Assembly (NCBI GenBank): GCA_963723515.1
Contig: CAVRQT010000002.1
Span: 64,001-128,000, forward strand
Reading direction: 5' to 3'
Source: Vulcanimicrobiota bacterium
GTDB taxonomy: Bacteria; Vulcanimicrobiota; Vulcanimicrobiia; Vulcanimicrobiales; Vulcanimicrobiaceae
Length of the DNA: 64,000 nt
Position 1 is the stretch's first letter. Each line of letters opens with the position of its first letter. A program made the translations under genes and the position numbers. Shown one piece after another: positions 1-10,297 of the stretch. The notes beneath the pieces are model-generated. The model was not told the DNA's origin, ran no database searches, and worked only from the letters and a program-made list of their open reading frames with translations.

Positions 1-394
1 GCAAACCGGGCGTCGCAATATGGCCGCCGATCGGAACGTCCATCTTCGTCAATTCAGCTTCAAGCAAGTCAACTTCGGCGCGCCGTTCGAGCGAAGAGGG
101 GCGCATGATGACCGCGCCATGCTCGAAGCAAACCGCCAAGTCGGCGGCCGCGCATGCCAGCGGCGCGCGGTCCGGCGCATCGATCACGGTCACGTCGACG
201 CCGTAGTAGCGCAATGTTGAAGCGAGCACGTCGTGCTGCTCTACAGCGCGCTTGAAAATTGCTCCCGGCTCGCCTTGAAGCGGCGGCAGCGATTCGAGTT
301 CCGCGGTCGGTTTGACGAGCACCGCTGCGCGCAGCGTCCCAGTCGGATGCGCGATCAGCCGTGGGCCGTAGCGGACGTGCGCGTGCGCCGTCAC
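1..394 (-). CDS. Amidinotransferase/dimethylarginine dimethylaminohydrolase-family protein, 5' part (runs off the window)
   Basis: Manual translation from GTG at 394, overlapping the malic enzyme stop: MTAHAHVRYGPRLIAHPTGTLRAAVLVKP...RAVEQHDVLASTLRYYGVDVTV...DLAVCFEHGAVIMRPSSLERRAEV...HIATPGL. This matches the DDAH/arginine deiminase N-terminal pattern. Confidence 0.7.
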   Translation of the reverse strand, partial: MTAHAHVRYGPRLIAHPTGTLRAAVLVKPTAELESLPPLQGEPGAIFKRAVEQHDVLASTLRYYGVDVTVIDAPDRAPLACAAADLAVCFEHGAVIMRPSSLERRAEVDLLEAELTKMDVPIGGHIATPGL

Positions 395-1843
395 GACGGC
401 ACCGGAACGGTAGCTTCTTCTCCCTCCGTAACGGCCAGCGTGCGGCGCGCAACAGCGTCCTCTATTCCCGCTTGTGCAACCGCTTTTGCAACGGCGTCAA
501 CGACGCGTGGATCGAAGACGCTTGGAATAATGTATTCCGCATTGCGCTCGTCGTCGCCGACGATCGAGGCGATGGCTTTGGCCGCCGCGATCAACATGTT
601 TTCGGTGATCTTGCGCGCACGGCAATCGAGCGCGCCGCGGAAGATTCCGGGAAAGGCCAGCAGGTTGTTGACCTGATTCGGGAAGTTCGAACGGCCGGTT
701 GCGATTACGGCGGCGTACGGCGCCGCAATCTCCGGCATGATTTCCGGCGTCGGATTAGCCATCGCGAAGACGATCGGATCACGCGCCATCGTCGCGATCG
801 CCTCGGGCTGCAAAACGCCGGGGGCGGAGACGCCGATGAAAACATCCGTGCCGCGCAAGACTTCCGAAAGTGAACCGCGGCGGTTTTCCCGATTCGTGTG
901 TTCGGCGAGCCAGCGCCAATGCGAGTTCTCGTACCGCTCGGAACGATTGATTGCGCCCGCGCGGTCGACCGGAATGATGTCGCGAACGCCGGCCTTTAAG
1001 AGCATCTTGATCGTCGCGGTTCCTGCAGCGCCGCTGCCCGCGACGACGATCGTCAAATCTTCCAACCGCTTTCGCGACGACTTGGGCAGCGTTGATGAGC
1101 GCCGCAAGAATCACGACTGCGGTGCCGTGTTGATCGTCGTGCATGACGGGGATGTCGAGCGCTTCGATCAAGCGGTTTTCAATCTCGAAACACCGCGGCG
1201 CCGAAATGTCCTCAAGGTTGATGCCGCCGAAGACCGGCGCAATCCGAACGACCGTCTCGACGATCTCGTCGACATCTTTGGTATCCAAACAGATCGGGAA
1301 GGCGTCGATCGCGGCGAACTGCTTGAAGAGCATCGCCTTCCCTTCCATGACCGGAAGCGCGCCAAGCGGGCCGATGTCTCCGAGCCCGAGCACGGCCGTA
1401 CCATCCGTGACGACAGCGACTGTGTTGCGTTTGATCGAAAGTTGAAACGCTTTGCGGGGGTCGGCGGCGATCGCCATTGAAACGCGCGCGACTCCGGGCG
1501 TGTAGACCATCGAGAGATCTTGGCGCGTCTTCACAGGGATTTTTGGCTCCATCTGAATCTTGCCGCCGATATGCGCGAGAAAGGTGCTGTCCGAAACGAA
1601 GACGACCTTGACGCCTTCGATCTTTTCGACGGCGCGGCGAACCGCTTCGGCTGTTGCTTCCGACGCAACGGTGATCGTGACATCGCGCACGACGACGCTG
1701 CGCGAAACGGAGCCCATGTCCACAGCGCCGATGATGCCGCCGGCGTCACCGATCGCGGAGGCGAGCATGCCGAAAGAACCCGCTTCGTTCGGCATCTCAA
1801 GCCGCATGATGACCGTAAATCCGATTGGAGCCGCCGTTGCCAT
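391..1843 (-). CDS. NAD(P)-dependent malic enzyme with N-terminal ACT-like domain (frameshift near 1070)
   Basis: Motifs YTPGVA, VTDGTAVLGLGDIG, PVMEGKAMLFK, INLEDISAPRCF and HDDQHGTA in ORF 779-1843. Motifs GSGAAG, FIGVSA, FAMANPTPEI and TGRSNFPNQVNNLLAFPGIFRGALD in ORF 391-1107. Confidence 0.93.
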
Positions 1844-1866
1844 GGTCTGCTGTTTCTTAGGTTACT

Positions 1867-3331
1867 TCAAAACTCCGCCAGCCGCTCGACCGCGCGCGCC
1901 ATTCGGCCATCGACATTATTCGGATCATCGCCATTCGCGATCAAGAATGCAAACGCGAATGTTCCCGAGCGTCTTGAAACGACATAGCCGGCAAGCGCCT
2001 CAACGCCGGCGAGGTGTCCGCTTTTCGCACGAACGCGTCCGCGAGCGCCGCCAATGTCGTAATATTTGACCGTCCCTTCAATACCGGCTCGAGGTAATGC
2101 GTTGAACAAGCGTTCGCCGCGATGACGGCGATCGTCGTCAAGCACTCGTGCGAGCGTCAAGGCACTCGAACGGTTATCAGCCGACAAGCCGCTTCCGTCG
2201 ACGAGGTAGAGTCCCGTGCGAGGAATCCGATTCTTGCGCAGGAGCTTTCGCTCCGCCGTGAGGCCGGCTCGATCGCTTCCAACACCGTTGACGACGCGGC
2301 CGATCGTGCGGAGCAACTGCTCCGCTAAGTGGTTGTTCGATTCAAAGAGCATCTTGGAAACGATTTGCATCAGCGGCATCGAGCGGTGCCGCCAAAGCAC
2401 ATGAGCGAGGCGCGGCGCCACGCCGACGCTTGGCGGCTTGACAATGCGGATGTTGCGTTGCTGCAGCATGCGAGTGAGAACGTCGCGCGACATACAACGG
2501 AATGCCGCGAATCGGAACGTAGAGCACGGCCTGGTGAGCGTCGGCGGCGACTTGTCCACCGATTTCAAAGGCATTCGTTTGCCGCAGAGGGTTGATGGCG
2601 ATGGTCGTCGGCAGGCCGGCTGCGACCGTCAACACATCGCCGTTCACGCGGACGGTGTTCGAAGGTGGTTCAAGCCGAAGGTGCGCCGCCAAGCCCTCAA
2701 CGCTCGGCGTCGCGTGAACTTCGATCGTATCTTGATCGAGCGATATCGCGCTTGTGGCGGCCGAAAAGCCGTATTGCGCATCGCTTACTTCCCACAACGG
2801 ATTGCGTTCGGGACCGCTCAAGAAACTGGCATCGACGCGGACGGCGCCGCGCACGATACTCAGGCCTTGCGCCGCGAGAATCTTGACGGCGCCGCGCAAA
2901 TCGTTTGAAATCAGAACCGGGTCGGCGCCGCCGATCAGCCACAAGTCGCCGTTCAAAATGCCGCTCTTGAGCCGTTCGCTAGCCGCCATCGTGGTCGAAA
3001 AACGGTAGGCGCCGCCCAGGTCCGCCAACGCGGTAGCGGCCACGATCAGTTTCTGCGCCGATGCCGGCGGAATGGCTTGTTCAGCGCGGCGTTCGTATGC
3101 GATCATGCCGCGATCGTCGATGACGCAGAGACTCTGCACGCCGCCGCCCGGAAAGGCGGCGTCAATTTGCTCGCGGAGCTGATGCTGTTGCGCGACCGTC
3201 AACGGCTTCGGCGAGGCCGTGGCGGCGGAGAATCTCAGCGGTTGCGGCTGCGGGCGCGTGACGTGCGGCTTCGCGCACGCGCACAATAAAGCGCACAGCG
3301 CACAGATCAGTGCAACCCTACGTTGGTTTAT
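1867..3331 (-). CDS. dacB: D-alanyl-D-alanine carboxypeptidase/endopeptidase (PBP4, peptidase S13), probable lipoprotein; frameshift near 2480, start uncertain
   Basis: SxxK motif PASAQK, then GGADP, SNN (FESNNHLAEQL), DGSGLS and KSG, spread over ORFs 2342-3487 and 1867-2574. Hydrophobic N-terminus with Cys (ALLCACA). Confidence 0.88.
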
Positions 3332-4143
3332 TGCCTGCGCTGAGCAGCAGCCTGCGCTGAGCTTGTCGAAGCGTCGAAGCGTTCGTACGCTCCAGTCAAA
3401 CCGCCACTCACGTCGATGACGGTGCCGGTCAAATAATCCGCGTCGTCCCGGATCAAAAACGAAACGACATCCGCAACGTCTTCCCAAGAGCCGGCTCGTC
3501 CGACGGCGTTTTCGGCCGATTGCGAGCGCGCATCGCTGCGGGAACGATGTTTTTCACGAATATCTCCCGGCTGAAGAACGTGAACCGTGATTCCATGGCG
3601 GCCTTCTTCTAAGGCGAGTGTTCTAGCAAATGCAATCAACCCCGATTTGGCTGCTGCGTACAACGACAAGCCTCGTGCAGGCATCGTCACGTTCGAGCCG
3701 TTCATGCCGAAGAACACGACTCGTCCAAATTTGCGTGCGCGCATACCGGGCAGAAATGCCGCTGCGACTTGCACGGCGCTGCGCAGATTGCCGTTAATCA
3801 TTTCGTCGTAATCTTGCGGCGTCGCCCGCTCGAAGCGCTTCACGACCATCGGTCCGACCCCATGGACGACGATGTCGATTGCAGTTTGACGCGCGATCTC
3901 TTCGAGTTGCGCCGCCACCTCTGCCGGATCAGCCAAGAAGTCAATGCCGTGAGCGTGCGCCGTTACCCCTGCGCTTTCGATCGCTTTCGCCGTCGCTTGC
4001 GCTTCCGTGCCGCCGGGCCGAAATGTGAAATGCACGTCATTTCCCGCGCGCGCGAGCGCGATTGCGATGCCGCGAGGAAGTCCCGCTGCAGCGCCGGTTA
4101 CAAGCGCCGTCCGCGATAAAGAAGAGGGCCGCACGTCTGGCAA
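3328..4143 (-). CDS. SDR-family oxidoreductase (FabG-like)
   Basis: ALVTGAAAGL Rossmann motif, YAAAK catalytic motif, C-terminal YLTGTVIDVSGG. Confidence 0.9.
   Translation of the reverse strand: MPDVRPSSLSRTALVTGAAAGLPRGIAIALARAGNDVHFTFRPGGTEAQATAKAIESAGVTAHAHGIDFLADPAEVAAQLEEIARQTAIDIVVHGVGPMVVKRFERATPQDYDEMINGNLRSAVQVAAAFLPGMRARKFGRVVFFGMNGSNVTMPARGLSLYAAAKSGLIAFARTLALEEGRHGITVHVLQPGDIREKHRSRSDARSQSAENAVGRAGSWEDVADVVSFLIRDDADYLTGTVIDVSGGLTGAYERFDASTSSAQAAAQRRQ
3355..3373. repeat. REP-like repeat copy, inside coding sequence
   Basis: CGCTGAGCTTGTCGAAGCG is identical to 18358-18376. Confidence 0.75.
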
Positions 4144-4177
4144 GTGCGACCCTTTTTTGATGGCGTCCTGGTACGTC

Positions 4178-5242
4178 TTACGACGGATAGTTCACGGTGC
4201 GTGAGGTGGATGCACCATTCGGCGCAAGCGACTGAATTAATACCTGGACGTTGCCGCCCGGAACGGCGTTGACGTTTACCTGTAGCGCGAATGATCCCGC
4301 GCCGTCGGCACTCGTCTGATCGTGAAACGTTCCGGTCCCGATCGAGAAGATGTGACCCAACAGCGTTTGTCCCGTTGCAGTAACGGTGACCGTCGAACCC
4401 GGTGCGGTGCGACCGGTCAACAAGAACGATCCGCTGACGCGAGCGCCCGGCGTTGGATTGAGCGCAGTGATGAAGTTGCTCACGCCCGCTGTTGACGTAA
4501 ACGTCCAGCCTCGCGAAAACGAAGCGCCGGACGTCGTCGTTCCCGTCACACGGACCGTGTGCGCGCCGGGGGGCACGTTGTATTGCGGTGTGAAGTTAAA
4601 GCCGTTCGCGTTGGCGTAGGATTGCGCGGTCACATCACGATTGTCGAAGTAAACGCGCAGTGAATTGGGATCTACCGATTCCGTGAATTGCGCCGAGACA
4701 TTTGGTTGGATCGCCGGCGTCGCGGTATTGGCTTCCGGAATGCGGCCGGTTAAACGCAGCTGGCTGCCGGGCATCGGCTGGGGAGCGGGATTGACATTGC
4801 CGCCGCCTCCACCGCCGCCGGAGTAGATCGCGACGGTTCGCGTGTTCGAATTCCAGTTGACCGTCGCGCCGAGGGATTGCGCGATAAACCGCAGCGGCAC
4901 CATCGTTCGCGGACCAACGAGGAACGGCGCGACGTCGATCGCTACCGGTTGTCCGTTGACGGTCGCACTCGTTGAGCCGATATGCAACGAGATGTTTCTG
5001 CCGTTTCCCGTCGCGTTGATCATTCCGTTCGCATAGACGACGCTCGCGCCTAGGCGCTCGAAGACGCCTCGTAGCGGCACGAAGACGCGGCCTCCGCGCT
5101 CGATGGGAGGCTGATCGAAGGTGACGACCTGTCCATTGACGGTGATCGTGACCCCTTGCGCAGCCGCGATCGTGGGTTGGCCGAAGATCGCGATCGCGGC
5201 CGCAAAGGCCACGATCGCGACACGATTAGTGAATCTTAGCAT
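4178..5242 (-). CDS. Secreted protein with copper-amine-oxidase N-terminal (stalk) domain and C-terminal Ig-like domains
   Basis: Signal peptide; DQPPIERGGRVFVPLRGVFERLGASV and PRTMVPLRFIAQSLGATVNWN; Gly linker; beta-rich C-terminus. Confidence 0.85.
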   Translation of the reverse strand: MLRFTNRVAIVAFAAAIAIFGQPTIAAAQGVTITVNGQVVTFDQPPIERGGRVFVPLRGVFERLGASVVYANGMINATGNGRNISLHIGSTSATVNGQPVAIDVAPFLVGPRTMVPLRFIAQSLGATVNWNSNTRTVAIYSGGGGGGGNVNPAPQPMPGSQLRLTGRIPEANTATPAIQPNVSAQFTESVDPNSLRVYFDNRDVTAQSYANANGFNFTPQYNVPPGAHTVRVTGTTTSGASFSRGWTFTSTAGVSNFITALNPTPGARVSGSFLLTGRTAPGSTVTVTATGQTLLGHIFSIGTGTFHDQTSADGAGSFALQVNVNAVPGGNVQVLIQSLAPNGASTSRTVNYPS

Positions 5243-5283
5243 GATGTGCGTGCTCCATTTACGGCAAGAGAACTAGGCTAGCA

Positions 5284-6030
5284 TTACGGCGCCGTCAAGA
5301 AGTTCCATCCGCGGCTGAACGACGCTCCGGAGGTCGTCGTGCCGGTTACGCGGACGTTGTGCGGCCCGTACTGAACCGAGAACGGCAGCGTCAAATTGAA
5401 ACCGCGGCTGCCCAAGTACGACATCGACGTGATGTCGCGGCCATCGAAATATACGCGCATCGACGAGCTGACGACGGGTTGGGTGAAGTTCGCGCTGATG
5501 CGCGGCGTCGTTGTATGAACCGTTGATCCGGGGGCCGGGTAGCGTGCGACCAGTTCCAAGCCGACGCCGGACGGCGGGTATTGGCCGCCCCCGCCACCGC
5601 CGTTAATCGTCACCGTCCGATTGCTGTCGTTATAGTTGACCGTCGCGCCCAACGATTGCGCGATGAAGCGCAGCGGGACCAGCGTGCGTGGTCCTACGAG
5701 GAACGGCGCGACATCGACCGTGACGGGCTGCCCGTTGACGGTCGCGTTTGTCGAGCCGATTTGCAACGATACGGTACGGCCGTTGCCGGTCGCGTTGATC
5801 TGGCCATTGGCGTAAACGACGCTTGCCCCTAGGCGCTCGAAGACGCCTCGGAGCGGCACAAAGACGCGTCCCGCGCGTTCGATCGGCGGCTGGTCGAAGC
5901 TCATCGGTTGGCCGTTGACGATGACGGAAACGGTTTGGGCGTTCGCGCTCGCCGTCACCATTAGCACCGCCACCGCCGCCGCGGCCGTAGTGCCGGCGAT
6001 TCGCTTGAGTACGTGCTCGTAAAAAGACAT
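5284..6030 (-). CDS. Secreted copper-amine-oxidase N-terminal domain protein, tandem paralogue of 4178-5242
   Basis: Same VFVPLRGVFERLGASVVYANG and VPLRFIAQSLGATVN motifs, plus the shared VRVTGTTTSGASFSRGW segment. Confidence 0.85.
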   Translation of the reverse strand: MSFYEHVLKRIAGTTAAAAVAVLMVTASANAQTVSVIVNGQPMSFDQPPIERAGRVFVPLRGVFERLGASVVYANGQINATGNGRTVSLQIGSTNATVNGQPVTVDVAPFLVGPRTLVPLRFIAQSLGATVNYNDSNRTVTINGGGGGGQYPPSGVGLELVARYPAPGSTVHTTTPRISANFTQPVVSSSMRVYFDGRDITSMSYLGSRGFNLTLPFSVQYGPHNVRVTGTTTSGASFSRGWNFLTAP

Positions 6031-6145
6031 TCAGGTGTACCTCCGAGAGTAAAAACGAAGATCGATGGTCTCGTTGCTTCGTACCCCAAAAGCACGGAAG
6101 GCCGCACCACGGGCGACCTTCCTCTTACTTGTTTTGGGGCGCTTG

Positions 6146-9100
6146 TTACGTGGCGAGCACCGGTTCGCGGAGTTCCGCTTGCATCGCCCGCTGATCCGCG
6201 CGGCGCTCGAGATAGCCGATCCACGTGTTGTAGATCATCGGCACCAAGAAGAGCGTCAGGATCAGAGAGCTGAGCAGTCCGCCGATGATGACGGTCCCCA
6301 TGGCCTGCCGCCATTCAGCTCCTTCCGCAAATCCAAAGGCAAGCGGCAACATGCCGAAGACCATCGCAAACGTCGTCATCAAAATCGGACGGAACCGTGT
6401 GGCGGCTGCTTGCAACACGGCGTCGTGCACGCGCATGCCGCGCTTGCACAACGTATTCGAGTAGTCCACAAGCAGAATGCCGTTCTTCGACACCAATCCG
6501 AAGAGCATCACGATGCCGAGCATCGAGAGCAAGTTCAACGATTGTCCGGCGTCGGGCTGAAGGCGATGCATCAGCGCCAATGCCATGAACGCACCGACGA
6601 TAGCGACCGGAACGCTGAACATCACGATGAGCGGCTCGAGGAACGACCCGTACAGGATCACCATCAGCATGTACACGAGCATGAATGACGTCGTGAGCGC
6701 GATGCCCATGTCGACCATCGTCTGTTGCAAGTATTTCGTGTCGCCTTGCGACTCGAGGCTGACGCCGGCCGGCAAGAATCCCGGCTGATGCAGCTTTCGC
6801 TCCAATGGGCTCGTCACTGCGCCGAGCGAGTAACCGGGCAACACATCGCCTAGGACATTGACGACGCGCTGCTTGTCTAGCCGGTCGATCTTCGTCGGCG
6901 CTTTGGTCCATGTAAAGGTCGCAACATCGGAAAGAGGCACCAGCGTTCCATCGCTCGCGCGCACTCTCACGCTTTGCATCGACTCGACGGTGTTGCGGTC
7001 TTGCGGCGGAAACTGCACGCGCACGTCAACGAGGCCATCCGGCGTTCGCACCTTGGTTGCAACGGCGCCGTCCACGGCAATGCGTGCTGCCGTCGCAGCT
7101 GCACCCGGAGAGACGCCGAGCACTGCCGCTTTAGCGGCATCGATCTGCACGTTCAGACGCGGCGCGGCAACTTCGTTGCTGGTCTGCACGTTGACCGATC
7201 CCGGCGTGTCGCGCAAGAACTTTGCGACTTTCTCGGCCGCCGGTCCGATAGCGTCTTCAGGGCCCTGCAACGCATAGAAGATCGCCGCGCCTGAGCCGCC
7301 GCCGGTATCGCCTTGCACTTGAAACTGGCCACCCGGGACCAAATACCCCAGTTTTCGGACATCGCCGATAACGCGATTCGTTTCGCTGCGGCGATTCTTG
7401 TACGTTTCGGCATCTAACGTGGCATAGTTGCCGCCGACAACGCTGCCCCAACCGAACGGTTTGCGGCCCACGGTCGAGCTGATCGACTGAACGCCGTCGA
7501 CTTTCAGAATCGCGTTCTCGAGCCGATCGACATACTTCGCGGTCGTCTCAATCGGGGTTCCCGGCGGATAGGTTACGGTCATGGCGACGTGGCCAGTCTG
7601 CGTGTTGGGAACGAAATCGAAGCTGATTTGACCCAGGAGCGGCATTACGATCGCAAGCACGATCGGCACGGCGAACCACAGCACTGCAGCGCGCCGTCGC
7701 GTACCGAAGTCGCGAAGCGCGCGGACCTGCGTGCGCAAGATATTCTTTGCTATCGCAAATCGGTGCCAAACGAAGAATCCGACCGCGGCGACGACCACCA
7801 AAAGCGAGAGCAGCGGATTGATGCTCGCGGCCAACGCGGCGAGAACCAGCGTGCCGACGGCTCCGAGCGCAGTCCACAGTATCGCCTTCTTGTCGGCAGT
7901 CCGTGCTGCGCCGTTGCTGTCGCGAGGCTGTTCGCGGTAGCGGCGCAAACTTATTTGGCGCGAACTTGCGCAAGAGCAAGCCCCCCGCAAGCCCGCCCAA
8001 GAGCAGCGCAAAAACGAATACGTCGAAGCGCATCGCCGTCGTTCCGCCGCCGAGCAAGAGAACCGAATTCAGAAACAGCATGGAGCAGACGAAAACGACG
8101 AAGAAACCGTGGCGCATCGCCATCGGCAGCAGCTTTGTGCGATAGGCCGTGAGAATCTCGTCGTAGCGCTGCACGAACGCATTCAACGCCAAAACGGCCA
8201 GCAAGAATACGCCGATGAGCCGCGCAAAGAGCCACGGCGTAAACCACGCTCCGACCGCGAGCGCGGCCAATCCACCGTTCAGCCAAGGGTGTTTCGTGAT
8301 CTCAAGCCATCGCGGCGGCGCACCGCTGCGCTTGCGAACGCTCCACTTCGCCGCAAGCAGCGGCGTGAGCGTGAAGGAAACAAAGAGCGAGAAGAGCGTC
8401 GCCACCACGACCACAAGGGCGAACTCCTTGAGGAACTTGCCGACGATGCCCGAGAGAAATGCGATCGGCAAGAAGACGACGACGTCGACCATCGTGATGG
8501 CGATCGCGGCGCTGCCGATCTCCGTGCGCCCGTTGATCGCGGCGTTGACCGGCTCTTCGCCTTGATCGCGATGCCGCGTGATATTCTCCAAGACGACGAT
8601 CGAATCGTCGACCAAGATGCCGATAATAAGCGAGAGTCCCATGAGCGACATGATGTCGAGATGGAAGCCGAACGCTTTCATCAGGACCATCGTCGCGAGA
8701 ATCGACGTCGGGATCGCCAGCATGACGACCGCCGCATTACGCCATGCGTGCAGGAAGAGCAGCATGACGATTGCGGTCAAGAGAATTCCCTCGCCGAGGG
8801 ACTGCCAGACGCCGCTCAACGATGCTTGCGTATAGTCAGCGGGAGCATCTATCTCGTGAAAGTTCAGCTGCGGGAATTGTGCGTTGATCTTCTTGAGCTG
8901 GTCCCGCGCAATCTTCGTCGACTTGATTTCGTCCGCGTTGATGTTGCGGCCGATCTCGACGTACAGGCGCGGCTCGCCGTTGAAGTGAGAAATCGTGCGT
9001 TGCTCGGCGTGGCCGTCGACAGCAGTCGCGATGTCGCCTAAGCGCAGCTCTTTGTTGGCGCCTCCCGGAACCGGCAGCGGGATGCCGAGCATGTCCGACG

Positions 9101-9809
9101 CCTTATTGATGTCGGCATGGATCGAAACGCTCGCCTCTTGCGTCGGCTGCAACAGCCGTCCGCCCGGAAGCGTCGCATTGTTCGCGGCGACCGCGGTGAA
9201 GATGTCACCGAGCGTCGCATTGACGCCTTGCAGCGCGATCGGATCGGGCTGAAGCTGGAACTCACGCTGCTGCGCGCCGTAGACGTCAACCGTTTGCACG
9301 TTCGGAATTTGCTTGAGGACCGGCACTAAGCGGTTGTTGACCAAGTCCGCGAGCGCTTCGGGACGTAAAGACTTCGAGCTGATCGCGATGTCGAGAAGCG
9401 GCTGCGAGGCGCCGTTCTTAAAAACGTAAGGCGGATCGAGGTCCGTCGGCATGAACGCTCGTGCGGTATCGACGCGCCGCTGCACGTCGATCGCGCCGAG
9501 ATCCAGGTTCGTATCGATTTGGAACTGGACGACGATCGTCGCGACGCCTTCTTGCGCACTGGCGGTCATCTGATCGAGGTTGTCGATGCCGTCGAGCTGA
9601 TCTTCAATCGGCTTGATGACCAAGCGCTCCATCTCATCGGGAGATGCGCCTGGGTAAGTGGACTGTACGACGACAACCGGAAAGTCGGTGCCGGGCGGGT
9701 TCGCGCTGCGCCCTAACGTCAGATAGGCGATAAAGCCGAACACCGCGAGTGCAATAAAGATCATCGCGGTGATGACGGGGCGGTTAATTGCGAATCGAGT
9801 CAACCACAC
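6146..9809 (-). CDS. RND efflux permease (AcrB/AcrD/AcrF family), frameshift near 7940
   Basis: N-terminal MWLTRFAINRPVIT, YPGASPDEME, GILVDDSIVVLENI, VSFTLTPLL, KNGILLVD, RFRPILMTT and GGLLSSLILTLFLVP. Confidence 0.93.
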
Positions 9810-10003
9810 AATAAGAAACTCCGGGGGCTGTTTTTCTTGAAAGGGTACGCCGGCGCGGGGGCCGATGTTTCAGGTCGCCCGCCATTGTAACCCACGAGCC
9901 CCTCCCTACACTATCAAGAAAGTCTAAATATTAAGGAAGGCCGGCCAGCACCGCTTCGTCCGCCCTCCCCACTGCAGTCCGGCCTCGCGCACGATCACGA
10001 TCG

Positions 10004-10027
10004 CCCTTCGACAAGCTCAGGGTGACA
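10004..10027. repeat. REP-like repeat copy
   Basis: CCCTTCGACAAGCTCAGGGTGACA differs by 1 nt from the reverse complement of 18447-18470. Confidence 0.85.
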
Positions 10028-10035
10028 GACGGCGG

Positions 10036-10182
10036 GGCAGGGCAATGGTTCACTCGGGGGTGTACGGAGCGGGCATCTTCCATTTATCAGATTCCGCGGA
10101 GTCAAGCGCACGAGAGGGAGCGTCCCACGAGTCGGACCGTTGCCCTGACCCGAGCAGCGCGATGATTGAACCGGGTGAGCAT
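10036..10182 (+). repeat. Hairpin-closed repeat element or candidate structured RNA, homologous to 18494-18532
   Basis: GTTCACTCGG (10048-10057) pairs with CCGGGTGAGC (10171-10180) using G-U pairs on the + strand. 10036-10074 is 31/39 identical to the reverse complement of 18494-18532. Confidence 0.55.
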
Positions 10183-10183
10183 T

Positions 10184-10267
10184 TGCGCGAGACTGGACTC
10201 GAACCAGCACGCCCTTGCGGGCGCTAGCCCCTCAAGCTAGTGCGTCTACCAATTTCGCCACTCGCGC
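10184..10267 (-). tRNA. tRNA-Leu(GAG), CCA not encoded
   Basis: Reverse complement GCGCGAGTGGCGAAATTGGTAGACGCACTAGCTTGAGGGGCTAGCGCCCGCAAGGGCGTGCTGGTTCGAGTCCAGTCTCGCGCA: 7-bp acceptor stem, anticodon arm CTAGC-TTGAGGG-GCTAG, long variable arm, TTCGA T-loop. Confidence 0.97.
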
Positions 10268-10297
10268 TTAGGCCAGGAACAGCGGAACTTCGCAAGT

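Noticed and set aside
8109..9041. Long antisense ORFs (for example 8109-9041, 10988-11992, 27733-28428)
   Set aside because: These are shadow frames of well-supported genes in GC-rich DNA. The Arg/Asp-rich translations show no family motifs.
9938..9985. 7-bp inverted repeat AGGCCGG/CCGGCCT upstream of the RND gene
   Set aside because: A short GC-rich stem with a large loop is expected by chance, and no riboswitch consensus was recognised.
10036..10182. 6S RNA, SRP RNA or tRNA-associated HDV-like ribozyme
   Set aside because: No SRP GGAA/AGCAG domain-IV arrangement, no continuous 6S-like rod, and no P1/P3/L3 pattern could be built downstream of the tRNA. Homology to 18494-18532 favours a repeat element.
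10045..10227. 60-aa ORF MVHSGVYGAG...
   Set aside because: It overlaps tRNA-Leu in antisense. Its similarity to HSGAYGAG at 18.5 kb is explained by the DNA repeat, whose other copy hits a stop within a few codons.
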